64,000 bases of DNA from Tubulanus polymorphus (lineage: Eukaryota; Animalia; Nemertea): the NCBI RefSeq assembly GCF_964204645.1, contig NC_134027.1, positions 22,530,560 through 22,594,559 of the forward strand. Reading direction: 5' to 3'. The position numbers and the translations under genes were made by a program. The notes beneath the pieces were generated by a model. It made no database searches. It was not told the DNA's origin and saw nothing but the letters and a program-made list of their open reading frames with translations. Shown here piece after piece: positions 1 to 15,200 of the stretch. The first letter of the stretch is position 1. The number at the start of each line of letters is the position of its first letter.

Positions 1-2592
1 CCCAAAGCATCCAAGGCCTAGTTTTCGACATGCACGTGTTCTTTTTTACATGATGTGTAAAAAGCCCTTAAGGGATGGTTTGGGTCCCCAAGAAAATTTC
101 TAAAAATTGACAGTTTTCTGAGTATCAAGATTGTTTCAAGAACATGAGCTTGCAACTGTAAATGCGGCTTTCATAACTCAAGTTGTCAAAATGTTATCTT
201 GCTCCGATTTGGCCCCCTTGGATCCGTCCCTCGTCCAGGGCGAGCTTGCGCTTTGTAAACATGTCCTGGCACGTCCGAGATGACCACTCAACCAGGAACC
301 AGGAACATAAATACAGGGTTGGGATTTTTGGGCGATAGTTGCAACCTCTATATAGTCATTTGGTGGAGTTCTAATAGTTGTTCCATATTCTGGATATCTT
401 CGGACTGCTATTTACAGCCTTGAAGAAGATTTATTTTTCAATTCGCAGCAATTCACTACCATCAATGCACCTAATGAACCCCGGCCAGAGTCTAATCTGC
501 GAAGTTTTGACCTTAGCTCAAGATTTTTTCGAAAGACGTTGGAAATGGATTCCACAAAAAATCCACCTTATATACCCATAAACCTTCACCACGAATAACA
601 CTTAATACAACGCAACGATACAAAAATTTCAAGACTTATTTTATAAAGTTTATTTTTTATAAACATTTAGTTACAAATGCAACTTTTACTGGATTCTCCA
701 ACGCGGTCAGAAGAGCACAGAATATTGAAGTTAGTTCTTGAGGCGATATTTAAAAAAAATCATTACTTTTTAAAAAAGATCATCGACAGAAGTACTACAC
801 TGTTATATAGCAAAAACCCGACTTCAAATAAATTATTCCCTTGCACAGATAGGAAGATACTGCCAAGAAAATAATCAATCATAATAATAATTGTTATTCT
901 ATAAGAAATATCAAGACACATTTTCTACTAAACACGTGATTGACTCAAAATATATCTATTTACGAACAGAGTGACATGATTTCTAAACTTATTTCTCAGT
1001 GGAAAGCTTAAAGAAAAACTTAATTCGGATTTACAATTTTTGTAACATGAGGAATAAGTTTAAGTTTATGCAGGTATCAGTGTGCAGTATCTTGGAACCA
1101 ACACGCTCATGACATATTCATCATTGTAGTTTGAAAACATTATGGTCTCAATAGATTTCTTCAAAAATCTAATAATCTAATTTTCATTGGCAGACTTTTT
1201 CATAACCACTTTCACCTTATGCCTAATGGGAGATCCTAAGCTCATATGAAGCCTGGATAATACAATATTGGAAGATGAATGGTGCAAGTATCGAATGAAA
1301 GGGTGCAGGGTTCCGACAGTATATTGATACCTGTATGGAAATCGTGTTACTTTGAAATTTAATCAAGGGAATCTTCTCAACTAATCACAAAAAGGTTACA
1401 AAATAGAAATTTAATTCAAAATCGGCTGCATTCGATAACGAGTACATCAGTTCAAGTGGAAAAATGATGGCCAAAACAAGACGTTTTTGGGTTTTGCGTG
1501 GCTGGGAGGTGAAAAACCTTGATCATTATAAATAAATAAATAATCAGCACAATACTAGTCCTAATCATAGTATCAACATGTACTTTGTATAGATACGAAA
1601 CAGACAGGGAGCAGCAGTCAGTTCCTAACTTCGGACAAATCGACATTTTGATTCTGAACACATTTGCACTGTACTTTTTCAGACTAACTAAAATTCCTCA
1701 AGATGAGCTTTCCAACATGTCACAAAATGTTATCCGAAATTCTTAAACTAAGCTGGTCCTCAATAGTGCATGTATTGTTCAAAAGCAAAATGATGATTCT
1801 TTTACAATTCGCTTCAAATTTAGTAGCACCGACGATTGTCGTGCCGACATGTCAAGACAATGATGTAAACAAATTTGCAACATGGTTCCAGGGACTGATT
1901 TTATAGACCTAGTTTCAACGTTAACCCATGTGAGCCAGTCATACAGTCCAGGCTTAAAGATAAGTTTCTGGCTCTAAAACCAATTAAACAACTTAAGCAT
2001 GTCTTTAGAGATAGGAGCAGTCTTGGACATAGGTCATGACTGCGTAATTGACACAGGGTTTTAACGAATTGACCTATTGTCGATAGTCGTTTAATTAATC
2101 GCCGATTGAAGTTGAAACTGGACAATAAACCGGACCTTGTTCCCGTTAGGTCTAAAACTGATTCAGCTGTCGATATCATACGTATATTCAACTACCCGGG
2201 TACCAGACTAGAAATTTCGATCTAGAAACGACGCAGAATTTCGAGGAAAATGGTTGTACGAAAAAAATGAAAGAAAAAAAAACACGTGGTCGCTTGACAA
2301 AAATCGTAAAAGCAGCATTTATTATGACTACCGGTCTAAAAAAGTGTCGTAATTTTTTTCTACGAAAGAAACGTACAATAATGGAATGAACGAGATGAAA
2401 ATATATATTATCATTGTTAAGGAATATTACGTAACACGCACGCCGAAAAAAAAAACACACACGATAAAGGTGTTATCATTTTTGTTGATGTTGTTTGTGT
2501 TTTGAATGAGATGCAACGAGAACGAATGAACGGTAGGAGGGCACGAGGACGAGGAACGTAAGTGAAGCGTTACACGACTTCATTTAACGGTG

Positions 2593-5500
2593 TTATAATT
2601 CGTCATGCTTTTCGTCCGTCTGAAATTAAAAGAGAAAACAAAAGCGACGTGATTAAACTAAAAAACAAAACGAACCATGCTAAACGTCGAGACACATCGC
2701 TGTTGTAATTGTTATCAAATACGGCAAAATAATGGTACGTTATAACGTGCATCGCGAAACATGCCTTATTCCAATACAGGGCCGTCGGAACGGGGACGGC
2801 AGGGGTGGCCACAGCCGTCCCACGTTGTTGCTAAACTAAAAATATTCTTTTTCATGTTCCTTCCTCTCGTAATGAATATCATGATTTTCATAGCCAGATT
2901 CACTCAGAATCAATCTCAGAGCTTGGGAAAATCCAAACAAAAATTTGGGGCGGACCCCTAGACCCTTTTGAAATACACCTGCACGGCAATCACATACTTT
3001 TTCAGGTCATCAATATAAACAATAGCTGCCCCACTGAATACTGGGAAATTTGCCCTGCAGAGTACGGAGACAAATTTAGGGAAATTGTTGAATGGGTATC
3101 ATGCAGGGAATTGGGGGATTCGAACTAATTGGTAGATTACTGGGTACTATGTATGTCATAACGAAAAAATCGTTTTTCAGTCATTTTAGCGTCACTCTGT
3201 AGATGAGGGCATGGTCTTAAGTTTCCTAGTATATAATCCATGTATAGCATAGAGTCAACTGCATCCTCCCTAAACAGGGATTTGAACCTGGAGGCATGGT
3301 AAGAGTGCCATATTCAGCCACGTTACTCCCTCGCATGTAACCCGACGGTATAACAAGACTTGCCTATTTCCCACCTTACGGCATTTAAACCTAATGGGAT
3401 CATGTGACGACCATCGTAGACCTGCCCTAGCAAATCCAGTGCGCGCATAGCCATAACCATATTTCTCAAACCCCCATTCAATTTTCAAGGGATAATAAGA
3501 AAGAATATAGTGTTCCCTGAAAGGTTATGGTACAACTCGGGAATTGACCGAACCCCGATAGAACTATTTTAGCAAATCTCAAATTAACTGAGCATGATAT
3601 AGTTTGTCTGAGACTTAGTATTTTGTCTGCACAGGTGGTACTTGCGGGTATTATGCGCACACATAGAAATTGTCTATAATGACAGAATTTCGTGCTATCA
3701 AGAACAAGGGTCATGGGGACAGGGATTGGTTGGGTCGAGTTATACGACGATAATAATAAGGCATGTTTTCGATGCGCGAATGAAGCCAGAAAAGGGACAC
3801 CACACTACTCACTCAATTAAGAAATACAAACAATTCATTGTTAACAAATAAAAATTTGGAAATATCGTTTAACGGATGAAGTGAATAAAGCAATGACAAG
3901 AACTAAATTACATAGATAATGTATGTTGCTTGGAATAAGAATTTGTAAAATTAGAATTAAGAGTACGTAGAATTTCTTTAAATAAGAAAATAACGTTTAA
4001 CTTAGATATGGAGTGATGAAATAGTGTCTTAAAACTAGACATTTTTTCATACTCCAGTAAAAACTGGCAAATGCCAGCATCTTCGTGAAGACACCGACTC
4101 TGGCAGTTGAGGATGAATTGTGCGCATGTTTTTAATGAAGGAAACAGAAACATCATGCGTGGTTCTAAGATAAAAGTAATAGTGATAATAATCATTATCA
4201 TTAATACGTATTAATCGTAATTAGCAAAGCAAACAAACAAAAACTATTAAACGAATTCAACTCGCGACAGAAAACGTTCTAAAACTGAGCAAGAAGCATG
4301 GGGTCCCCTCCCTAGCTTCGGAGACTTGTTGTCGCGAAACTCTATTTTTTGCTTTTCTTTTGGGTGAAATTTCGATTTTTATTGATAATGGGAAAAATTG
4401 TCTATTTAGAATAAACCTACCACTGTGATCGCTATTTGTCTAGCAACAAACAGCAATCTCAATAACCTTGCTTAGCTGGAATGTGTTTTGCTCATTTGCA
4501 AGTTGTCTGCCTAAATCAAGGCCGGGTTTTACAGTTCTGGAGCTGCTTAGTTTTCACTTAAATCCGACTCAAAGGAAAAATCACTGGCCGTCGTGGACTG
4601 GACCCAGTTCCAGTACCGACTCTGGACCTCATCATCATGGAATGACTGGTTCATTCCAGTTCACATCTAACTCTGAGTCAAATTTAAACATGTAACTTTG
4701 AAACTCAAGCTCCAGGACCACGATATATTACTTATGGGACATAAAATTCAGTAGCAAAATGAATTCACCAAATTTTCCCTAAGCAAGGTTTGCGTGGATC
4801 AGTTTCTTATCTTATCATATTCGATATTATTTTCCTCTTACCTTATCCTTCTCCTCTGATTTTTTGTCATCATCACCGCCATCGGTTTTCGCCGCCGGTT
4901 TGTCTTCTTCTTCGGCCTTAACCTCGTCGGTTTTCTCTTCAGCGGCCTCTTCCTTGTCATCGTCTTCATCTTCTGGTTCTTCCTCAATCTGAAGAAAATG
5001 ATGATTCCAGTTTATACGGAAAGCTTGATTTGTTCCCTGTGCGCAATACTTTATCATCATTCTCTAAATTTCTAATTGTTCAGACTGAACACACTTCACA
5101 GGTGTTCAGGACTTCAATCTAACAATTGGAATGAACTTACAATGAAATTGGAAATCTTTCGATTAGAAATTGACTGACAAATGAACTACAACCACCGGAC
5201 ATAAGACATTTTATCTGCACAATTTCAAGAAGTGATCACCAACGCTTCCCGCTGCTACAGTAGTGAATGTTTGAGGGGTGGTTGCAGGGTACCGATTGAT
5301 ACCCGAGTGGAAAGGCGCCGTACCTTCTCTTCAGGAGATATGTTCATGCTGAGTCGAAGCATTCGTTCGATTCTGTCGGCAAATCCGGCCGTATCGCCTA
5401 ACGAGTAACCAGATCGTAGAGTAGCCGCCTCGAACAGAACGGTCGCCAAATCTTTAGCCGTGGCGTCTTCTTTATCGGCCTGAAAATAACGCGTTCAAAC

Positions 5501-8500
5501 AATATTGTTTTAAATATTCAGAAACTAGGTTCGATTATTGTAATTCTAAAGCCCTACGCACACGACACCCTATGCTTCAATGCGAAGTCAATTGAACCAA
5601 TGATACTGCTTAATAACTTTCTCATTTAATCATAACTGATTTAGACCATCCACGACCTCGGTCAGAAAGATTATTCTAATCATTACAAATTGTGACTGAG
5701 CGACGACTTTCAAAGGCGTTTAGTATGACTTCGAAAATGCGGCCGAAGTTTGACAAAATGCCTCCGATGTTCGCATTGAGGAACTTCAAAAATGGGAAAC
5801 CTTGCAGTACTTACATCAACTCGTTTCTTGAGTTCTTTCAGAAGTGGATGTCTCGGATTGATTTCGAGGGTCTTCTTTTGTCCGCTGTAGTAACTGCAAA
5901 AAATCAAAATTTCTTCAATGATGTGGATGCGAAAAAAACCAGTGATCCCACCATCAGTTCATATGACTGACAGATTTTGAATTACAGTAAATTCAAAATT
6001 AGTTCATTTTCGATCACCTTTGAATCCTCCCCCCTGGCAGGGATTCGAAACTGATGATATAAAGACTGCCAAAGACCGAAGCCCTGCCCGTCTAGCCGAG
6101 TGTACAGCTACATGCGCAGTTCAGATTATGCCATTATTAGTGAAATCTGATCGGTGCCGCACATCCTCGGGCACTGTTCACTCCAACTAGTCAGGCAGGG
6201 TTTCGTGTCATGGCAGAGTGACGGGATGCCATCAGGTTTGAATTCCCTGCGAGGAAGGATGTTTTGAATGAATAAGTGGACTTCTGAACTATCATCATCC
6301 GAGCCGCCAAATAGTCCAATTTGACTATGATTTGAATTGAAATGCAGATGAAACCAAAGCATGAAAGACTTTTAATCATGGAATATCTAAGATAGTATTC
6401 TAAATGATACATACTCTCTTGATGAGTCAGACGATTTGGCGTAGGCTTGAGCTTTCATGATGCGTTCCATATTACCGGACCATCCGTATGTTCCAGCCAC
6501 GAGAGCGCATGGCGACGTTGTCAATCGATCCGACACAACTGCTTTCTCGATCTAGAAATATAATCGAAATCCTATCAAAGTTTCGTTTGAAAATTTACAT
6601 CACCTTATTCAGAAAAACAAATCAAGCTAAGCAGGAATTCCTAGATCAACTACAATCGACATTCGGACTGATATTTGCTTTAAAACGTCCCTACAGATCG
6701 GTAATTTCTGCATGTAAGGAGTTTTAATGAACATATAAAATTTTGAGGAAGTATCCGTATCACTTTCATACCCAGACTCCTCCCAAATCGGTACTGAGTG
6801 TTTATCTAGGCAAAACATTAAATTTGGTGGTTTTGTAAGCATATTCATACCATACACACTTCCTATACTCGGTTTCTAATTTAGTAAATAAAATTGGGTA
6901 AAAAAATAATCCTGGCCCCAACTGTAGGCTAAATTCATTGTATTAAATAATTAAATAATTTATCGTATAACTACGAATTTTGGGCATTTTGCTCAAATCA
7001 AAAGAGTCTCAAGCACCTTTAAACGCATTTTCTGTTAAGGAGATTTTAAGGTATCAAGGGGGCGTAGGGACCATGTTTAACTAACCTTGTCTTTGAGTGC
7101 GTTCTCTTTCATCCAGGTGGTTAAAGGTTCAAAATCTTTGACGAGCGTCTCTTTTTTCGCCTTGGCTGCCTCCGATTCATCGAGCGTTAATCCTTCTTTC
7201 GCGACGTTCTGGAATTTCTTGCCTTCGAATTCGGGTAGTGCCTGCACGCAATATTCGTCGACGGCTTCGACCAGGTAGATCACTTCGTAACCTTTCTTCA
7301 ACAGACGTTCGACGAACGGGGATTTTTCAACCTGAAAGATTAGATCGGTCCGGTTTTTAGCGAATACAGTTGATAGTTCGAACTACAAACAGGACCAACC
7401 TGGGTAACAAGTCAAAATGTGGAAAAGTTTAGCGAAATGTGAATGGAAATGGTCAGATGATAAAGCTATCAAGGATAATATGACTCTTAATTGAAAAGAA
7501 TCAAGAACTAGATTTTCAGCTCAAAAAGTTATCACGGATAAAATGCTCAAAAGCTATCAGGGATAATATGACTCTTAAATGAAAATTTCATCAAGAACTA
7601 GATTTTCAGCTCAAAAAGTTATCATTGATAAAATGCTCAAATTGAAAATGTTTTAAAATCCTCAGATCAAGGACAAGCATCCTAAGAACTTTTTCTACAT
7701 GCATAGCTGATAAACTGGATTCGATCATTGGAAACGTTATTTCTTTATTTCTTTTATCTTCAAAGCCGTTAACAAATATAACTTAAATAGTGCAAAATTA
7801 TTGTCAGACTGGCTGCTAACATTCTAAAATTTCATTGTTCTGAATACGAATCCAATCAGATCGGACTGATTCATCGATCGGTCTTTCTCGTATCGAATTT
7901 GAAATGAAATGTTGTAAATATAAGCAAACGACGCGCAGACGAAACTCACCTCTTCGCGGCTGGTGCCGGCGACGAAGAAAATGTGTTCTTGTTTTTCCTT
8001 CATACGTTCGACGTAATCCTGCAGACTGGTCTGATCGGTCTTCGAGTTCGACGAAAAGAATCTCAACAATTTCGCCAAACGCGTTCGATTAGCGTGATCT
8101 TCGATTACGCCCAATTTGATGCTGTAAACAACAAATGTGCATTAAGTTGACGGACTGCATGGTGTAAGCTAAATCTGGATGGACAATGGTGATTTAAAAG
8201 TTTGCAATGTCCTAGGGGGTCCAGGATACAGAATGATACATGAAGCCCTATAGAATCAGCCAGCAGATTGATACATCCTTGGTTGTGAAAGAATCTTACC
8301 GTGTATGCTTTTTTGTTTTGCGACATACGGAAGATTTGCATTTTATTTTGGTGACAGATTTGATTAACTCTTTCAGTGCCGACTAATCAACACCCGAAAG
8401 TGATGGAGATAATTTGAAAGTCCTGAAAAATTCCACCCCAGTGTGTCTACACCATGGCGCTAAGTCTATTGCCGAAAGCGGTGTAGCTGCACTGCAAGGC

Positions 8501-11500
8501 TTTATCAAATTTTCAGTACGTAGGCGATAACTTATTATTATACGTACTTGGTACTGAACTCCTTCCAGAATTTCTCGTAATCCTCTTTGTTGATTTTCTT
8601 GATCATGTCGAGCGTTTTTCGCACGAGTTTCTTCTTGATGACCTTCAGTAGTTTGTGTTGTTGGAGCGTTTCGCGCGAAACGTTCAACGGCAGGTCGTCG
8701 GAGTCGACGACGCCCCGAACGAACGACAAATATTTCGGCATCATATCCTCGAAGTTGTCGGTGATGAAAACACGTCTGACGTACATCTGAAATTACACGA
8801 AGCGATAAATCTAAATTTTATTCAAATTTACAAATTCAGCGAATAACAATGTCTTGTCATCAGGTTCTTACGGATCCATCGTCCCTTGGTAGGGATTCGA
8901 ACCTGATAGCCATGGTACGAACCCTGCCACACAAGACTGAGTGCGCAGCTTAGATGAAGGCATCATTAGCCAATCAAGTTCAAATCCCTGCCAAGGGAGG
9001 ATATTACAGATCAGGGAATACAAAATTTCCTTTTTTTCCAGACTAAATTTCAAGATATCCTCCGAAGGGATTGTATCCGTTTCCCCAGTGACATCAACTC
9101 CCCCTATGTATACTCGTCCACTTTAGAGTATTGGGAGGAAATGACTTTCGCACTCCGATAGAATATGTAGGGACCCAGGTGATCAAATCAGGTGACTATC
9201 TATCCTTTTTTGAGAGCTTCCTTGTGCTACTCATCACCAGCAAGTACACCAACATTTCTAATTCCTTGACTATTGCCTGATTTTCCACGAAATGAGTCTG
9301 AATTCCCCGATATTAGATAAGGACACCTCAATATTACCGATCCGTTTAATAAACGCCAATCAAACAAACCTTGATGTTTTCGATGTTCTTTCCGTAATTC
9401 TGGAACATGTCCTGCGGCGACGATTTCGGTACGAATAAAATCGATTTGAACGTCACTTCGCCTTCGGCGGTGAAATGAGTTTTGGCCATCGGCTCGTCGC
9501 TGTCTTTACTGAACGATTTATAGAATTCGTTGTATTCTTTATCTTCGATTTCAGCGGGCCTGAAACATACATCAAATAAGCACACTTTAGTTCATGAATT
9601 ATAAGCTTTATTAACCAGGGTTCTCACGGATCAGAAAATCCAAAATAAATTCAATGATGTTTTCATGATTTTCGCTGATCCTTGAGCACTGTGTTTGACT
9701 CTCAAGATAACCTCTACAATATTCTCATGGATGCTTTGAGCCAGATTTCACAAATAGTTTAGTATCATCTCATTCTTCATCCACTAACGTGGTGTAGGTG
9801 CGCATTACCGGTACTCACTTTCTAGTCCAGATTGGTTTGTTGCTGTTCATCAGTTCCCAGTCCCAGACGGTTTTCTCGACGGTTTTAGTTTTTGCTTTGT
9901 CGTCTTCTTTTTCTTCTTCGACCTGAAGAAGACAAGCGTAACGCATAAATAGATGGGAGCAATCCCAAAAGAACAATGACGAAATGGGCGATTTCTTCAA
10001 AATCGAAATCATGAATATCTTTCCATACAAAATTCGTTTTCAATACACAGTTGATTTTGCACTTGTAATGGAGCCGATTGCCTTGGTTAGTACCTGCACC
10101 AAATCGCAAAATGTTAAAAAGGTCTGAGGCAAGTGGAGTCTACTATAACAATTGCTGTTCATCGAATTTCTGGACCCACTTGCATACACTTGTTGGTACT
10201 TCCATAGTGTTCCTCATTAAGATTCAACCCAAAGGGTTAAATCATTTGAATCGAGATTTTGATTACTTTTTTTTCCAGATTTTTAGTTCCAACTTAACTT
10301 AGTAGACTCAACTTTGGGAAATGCGAAATGATTGTTTTACCTTCACGTCATCTTCATCATCCTTCTTCTCAGCTGGTTCTTCCTTCTTTTCTTCTTCTAC
10401 TGGTTCTTCTACACTTTCGACCTAAAAACAAAAACACGTGACCGAATCATCTTCGCGGTTTTTGGCTAATTTTCCCGCGTTTTACACACGCAGTTATTTC
10501 GCATACCTTGCTCGTCCATAGGTAAATGTTGAAGTTGATGAACTGGCTGTATTTGTGAACTAAATCTTTGATGGCGTTCGGCTCCAAGAATCCATGAGCT
10601 TCTTCTTTCAAGTGCAAACTACAAATAAAATTCAAACATCAATAAGAACAATCTTTTTCTATCTAATACAATTGATCATATATCAAATTCAGTGATTGAC
10701 TGTATCAAGATCACTGATTGGCTGCTATTCTATCTGTATCAAATTCATTGATTGGCTGATACAAGTAACGTATCAAATTCACTGATTGGCTGCTATTCTA
10801 TCTCAATCGAATTCACCGATTGTTTTGTACTTCAAACTTTGAAATTCATTGATTGGCAGCTATATCTATCTGTTTCGAATTTACTGATTGGCTGCTATCT
10901 TCTATGAAATAATGACATATTTCTTTACCTGACAGTGGTTCCACGTCCGAGGGTATTTCCACGCGGATCCTTGATGATGCTGAACGAACTAGCGTCCGAT
11001 TCCCAGATGTATTGTTCATCATCGTTGTGTTTCGACGTGACGATCACGCGGTCAGCGACTAGAAAAATAAACAGGGTTTCAATTAATTGCACAAATTTCA
11101 TGAAGTTAACTTTGGGTCTATGTAACAACTCAAAACAAACTTCCAGCACATGATGTTTAGGTTTTACAGCGAATCTAAGACCACACTTAAATGAGTCGGG
11201 TATGGACTCTTGGGGTCAAAAGATGGCATCAATAGAGAATATTACTGAATAGAGTCAGGCATAGATTTAAGGAGCCAATTGACAGCATTAGTAATTAATA
11301 GAGAATCTTGCTGAGGAGAGTCAGGTATTGACTTAAGGAGCCAACTGACAGCATTAACAATTAATAAAGAATTTTGCTGAGGAGAGTCAATTGACAGCAT
11401 TAGTAATTAATACAGAATCTCACTTTGGAGAGTCAGGTATTGACTTAAGAAGTCAACTGACAGCATAAATAATTAATAGAGAATCTTACTTTGGAGTCAG

Positions 11501-12203
11501 GTATTGACTTAACAAGTCAACTGACAGCAATAGTAATTGATAGGGAATCTTACTGAGGAGAGTCAGGTATTGACTTTAGGAGTCGACTGACGGCATTAGT
11601 AAATAACAAAGAATCTTACCAAGGAATGAAGAATAGAAACCGACACCGAACTGCCCGATGAGGTCGCTGGTTTCTGTTGCCGATTGCGAACCGGCCAATT
11701 TGCCAAGGAACTCGCTTGTTCCCGATTTCGCGATCGTTCCCAGATTGTTGACGAGATCCTGTTTGGTCATACCGATACCCGTATCGGTGATGTGCAACAC
11801 GTGATTATCCTTATCAGCCTGAAATTATACACCGGATAAGAATTCGATAAGTAAATGGTACAAGCATAATAAGGAAAATGACAGGCTGGCCACTTTTGTT
11901 TGACTTGATTTTCCTCGACTATTCCCTGACATGCTCGTTGGTTTCCCTGACTTGATCTGCTAAGAATTCAACCAATTAACATTGTCAAATATGTTAAACA
12001 TCTAGGATAGAAACGCATGATCTAAAAATCTCGACATATTTCCCTGATTTTTAGCTTTTATAAACAAAATCCCTGACTTTTTCTTAACCCTTTCAGTGCT
12101 GACTAATTAATACCCTATAGTGCTGGAGATAATTTGAAAATTCTAAAAGATTCCACCCTAGTGTGTTGAACAACGGGAATACCACTATAGTGCTAATTTC
12201 ATC

Positions 12204-12236
<33 letters not shown>

Positions 12237-15200
12237 TGACATCTATATAGCGCAGGTATCCGAACTAGAGTCTGTTCAAATGCGCTCCAAACTTGGTATT
12301 ATTACCCCCAGCCTATAACTCTATTCCATGTATCACTCATCTCTCCCTGGGGAGAGGTAACATCCGAGCAGCTGCTAGGTGCTCAGGAGTCATCTATCAG
12401 ACCAGGTACCCATTTTACTCCTGGGTGGAGAGAGGCAATGAGGATAAGAGCTGTGCCCGAGGACACTACAGCAATGTACGGGGTTCGAACCCACGACCTG
12501 GCTTCCCAGAGCCAAACGCTTGGCCACACCGCTCCTCAAATCAATACACCGCAGTGCGATGTACTAGCAAAATCACTGATTTATACACCGCACTGCGGTG
12601 TAGACACTGAAAGAGTTCAGGAAAAGAAATTTCCCTGACTTCTGGATTTCTTGGTTAGTGGCCACCCTGAATGCATAGGTAGTAATTTTGATCAGCTTTT
12701 AAAGCCGCGGGCAAGAACAAGAAATAATCCAGAAACAGTTTCACATAATTTTGAATGAGAGCGTGTTATCAATACAGGTATGATTAACAGACAGCAGACA
12801 GACTGGTTGAGAATTGTCAATCTTTTCGTAGAGCATTTGAATTTGGTGATAAATCGAAGAGCAAACAAATCATCTTCTCAGTATATAATGTCTGAAGTAT
12901 CTATTTTCTGGGGTAAATTCTGAGAATTTGACAATTACATAAAGTGCTTTTTTCGGATTTCTTGTTAAAAATAACGTTCTCTTCATGACATAAAAAAATT
13001 CCCTTTCAAATCGAAGGGCAACTCAAAATTTTGAAGGTTTTTCGGAAGTCTCCTAAAGACCCCTGCAGCCGGTGAATTCGACTATATTCTTAAAAATCAT
13101 TGCTCAAAGATGCCAGTGGCGAAGCTCATTAAAGCGTGGTTTGGGGTTCCTCCCAAAGACAAATTTTTAAAATGACTCTTTTCCCTTGTATTTAAAGGCA
13201 TTCTGGACCCATTAGATTAGGTACTCCTAGAAAATATGTTATCCACATTTTTCTGACTATATTCTGCAATACAGTGGAATATAGCTCGGATCCGACACCC
13301 CCTGATTTCAACATCTTGTCACCGATCTTCAAAATGTTATTATAACAATAATGTCTTTGCCGACTATGCAGTACACACGGTATAATATACCGCGGAAATG
13401 AAGAGATAACTTATTACCGCCGAATGCTCGGTAAATATCAGGTTTTTCCGTCTATAAATAAGTTAACGCGTACCGTTTAGTACAGGGGTATAGGCAGCCA
13501 GGTATGTATGTATATGTATGTATATACCATTAAGTGTAAACTAGACTACACCGGTGGTGGATTATTATATACTAAAACGTTAGTTACACGTAGAAGAACG
13601 TTTTTCTAAATACGCGTGTATGCGCGCGAATGCATAGGACAGACGCTTTAAAAAATTAAACAATATTAATAATAAACCTTCAAACAGCTTTTATTATGAT
13701 TACCAAAAGTGAAACATATTATATAATATGTATACATATGCTTTCTATAGTACGTAGGTCTCGGGTACGTGAAGTCGAGATCTAGATGAAAGCCAGGCTT
13801 AAATGAGGCTTAGAATCCCCCTTGAGGATTGGTGTAGCGATCCATGAGTACCGACGTCTTAACTCAGCAAATGTTCGAAATCTTTACCAGACCCATGAAT
13901 TAAACACCACTTTCGTCGTATTTTGATCTGTATCATGTCATTGTTTCCTTTCTTACGCAATTTTTCTCTTCTCTTCTCTTCATTTCATTTCATTGTATTC
14001 TCTTTTGTTTTTAAGGGCTGCTTTCTTGTACAACCTGAATGTTGCTTCAAAACAGTCCTTCATCTAATGTCATTAGGCCTATTACACTTTTATTTAATAT
14101 TGCATATTGATTATTCATTATTTCTGTAAAAATTTCATATGAAAAATGAATCATATCGTTTCACATATCGCACTCTTAATTCAGATAAAAAAATTCTGCG
14201 GTTCAAAAAGATCTCTGGTTGCCATATCCACTGTCTTGAAGAAAAACCCGCATTAGATGAGGAATAACTATTTAAGTATTTGACCATCATACTCATTATT
14301 CAGCGAGCCATTTTCAGTCGCAACTACTAAGACATTAGGCTTATCAGCCAAATACCTAATCGACGCCGGGCTACGCTCAATTTACTTCTAAACCCTATCT
14401 AAAACAAATCTCGATCAAATCAAACTCCTTATGAAGACCTTAGTACATATCATTGATGAAAAAATACTTTCTCCAACCTGAAACCTTTGATTTTTGCATC
14501 AATAGTATAGTAATATGTATCTACTACATTTATCTATGGATAGAGTAATTAACGGTCCGACAAAAGGTACTGTTCTATCTACATGTAGAATTAAATCATG
14601 CGTGCTTTTTTGAGACATACATTTCAAACATCTTACACTAGAAATGTTTTGATGGCTTGAAAAAGATTATCGTGAAAACTCGAAAAACTCGGTTGGAATC
14701 GCCCTCGCTGAAATAACTGACGATCTTAAATTTTTGTTTCTTATTCAGTTAATTCAAAACAGAATGTTTAGTGGTTACCAATGAATGATCTCGTTTTTAA
14801 TGCCGACAGCCGATGGTGAAGAGAGAGAGCGCAGAGGAATTTTAGTATAGAGTAATTTGAAACAGAAGAAACGGATGGAAAAATACCGATTGAAAAACGC
14901 GAGTTGCTTGCACACTTGTCAAAGAGAGAAAAAAAAAAACAAACTTAAGAACCTGCCAGACGTGCCAGAAACTAAGTTTCCATGATGGACATCAACTGGA
15001 AGCTGCCCCACGAAACTAGGTTTCCACGATGGACATCCACTCGAAGCTGCCCCACGAAACTAGGTTTCCTTGATTGACATCCACTCGAAGATGCCCCACG
15101 AAACTAGGTTTCCAAGATGGACATCCACCGGAAGCTGCCCCAGAAACTAGGTTTCCATGATGGACATCCACTGGAAGCTGCCCCACGAAACTAGGTTTCC

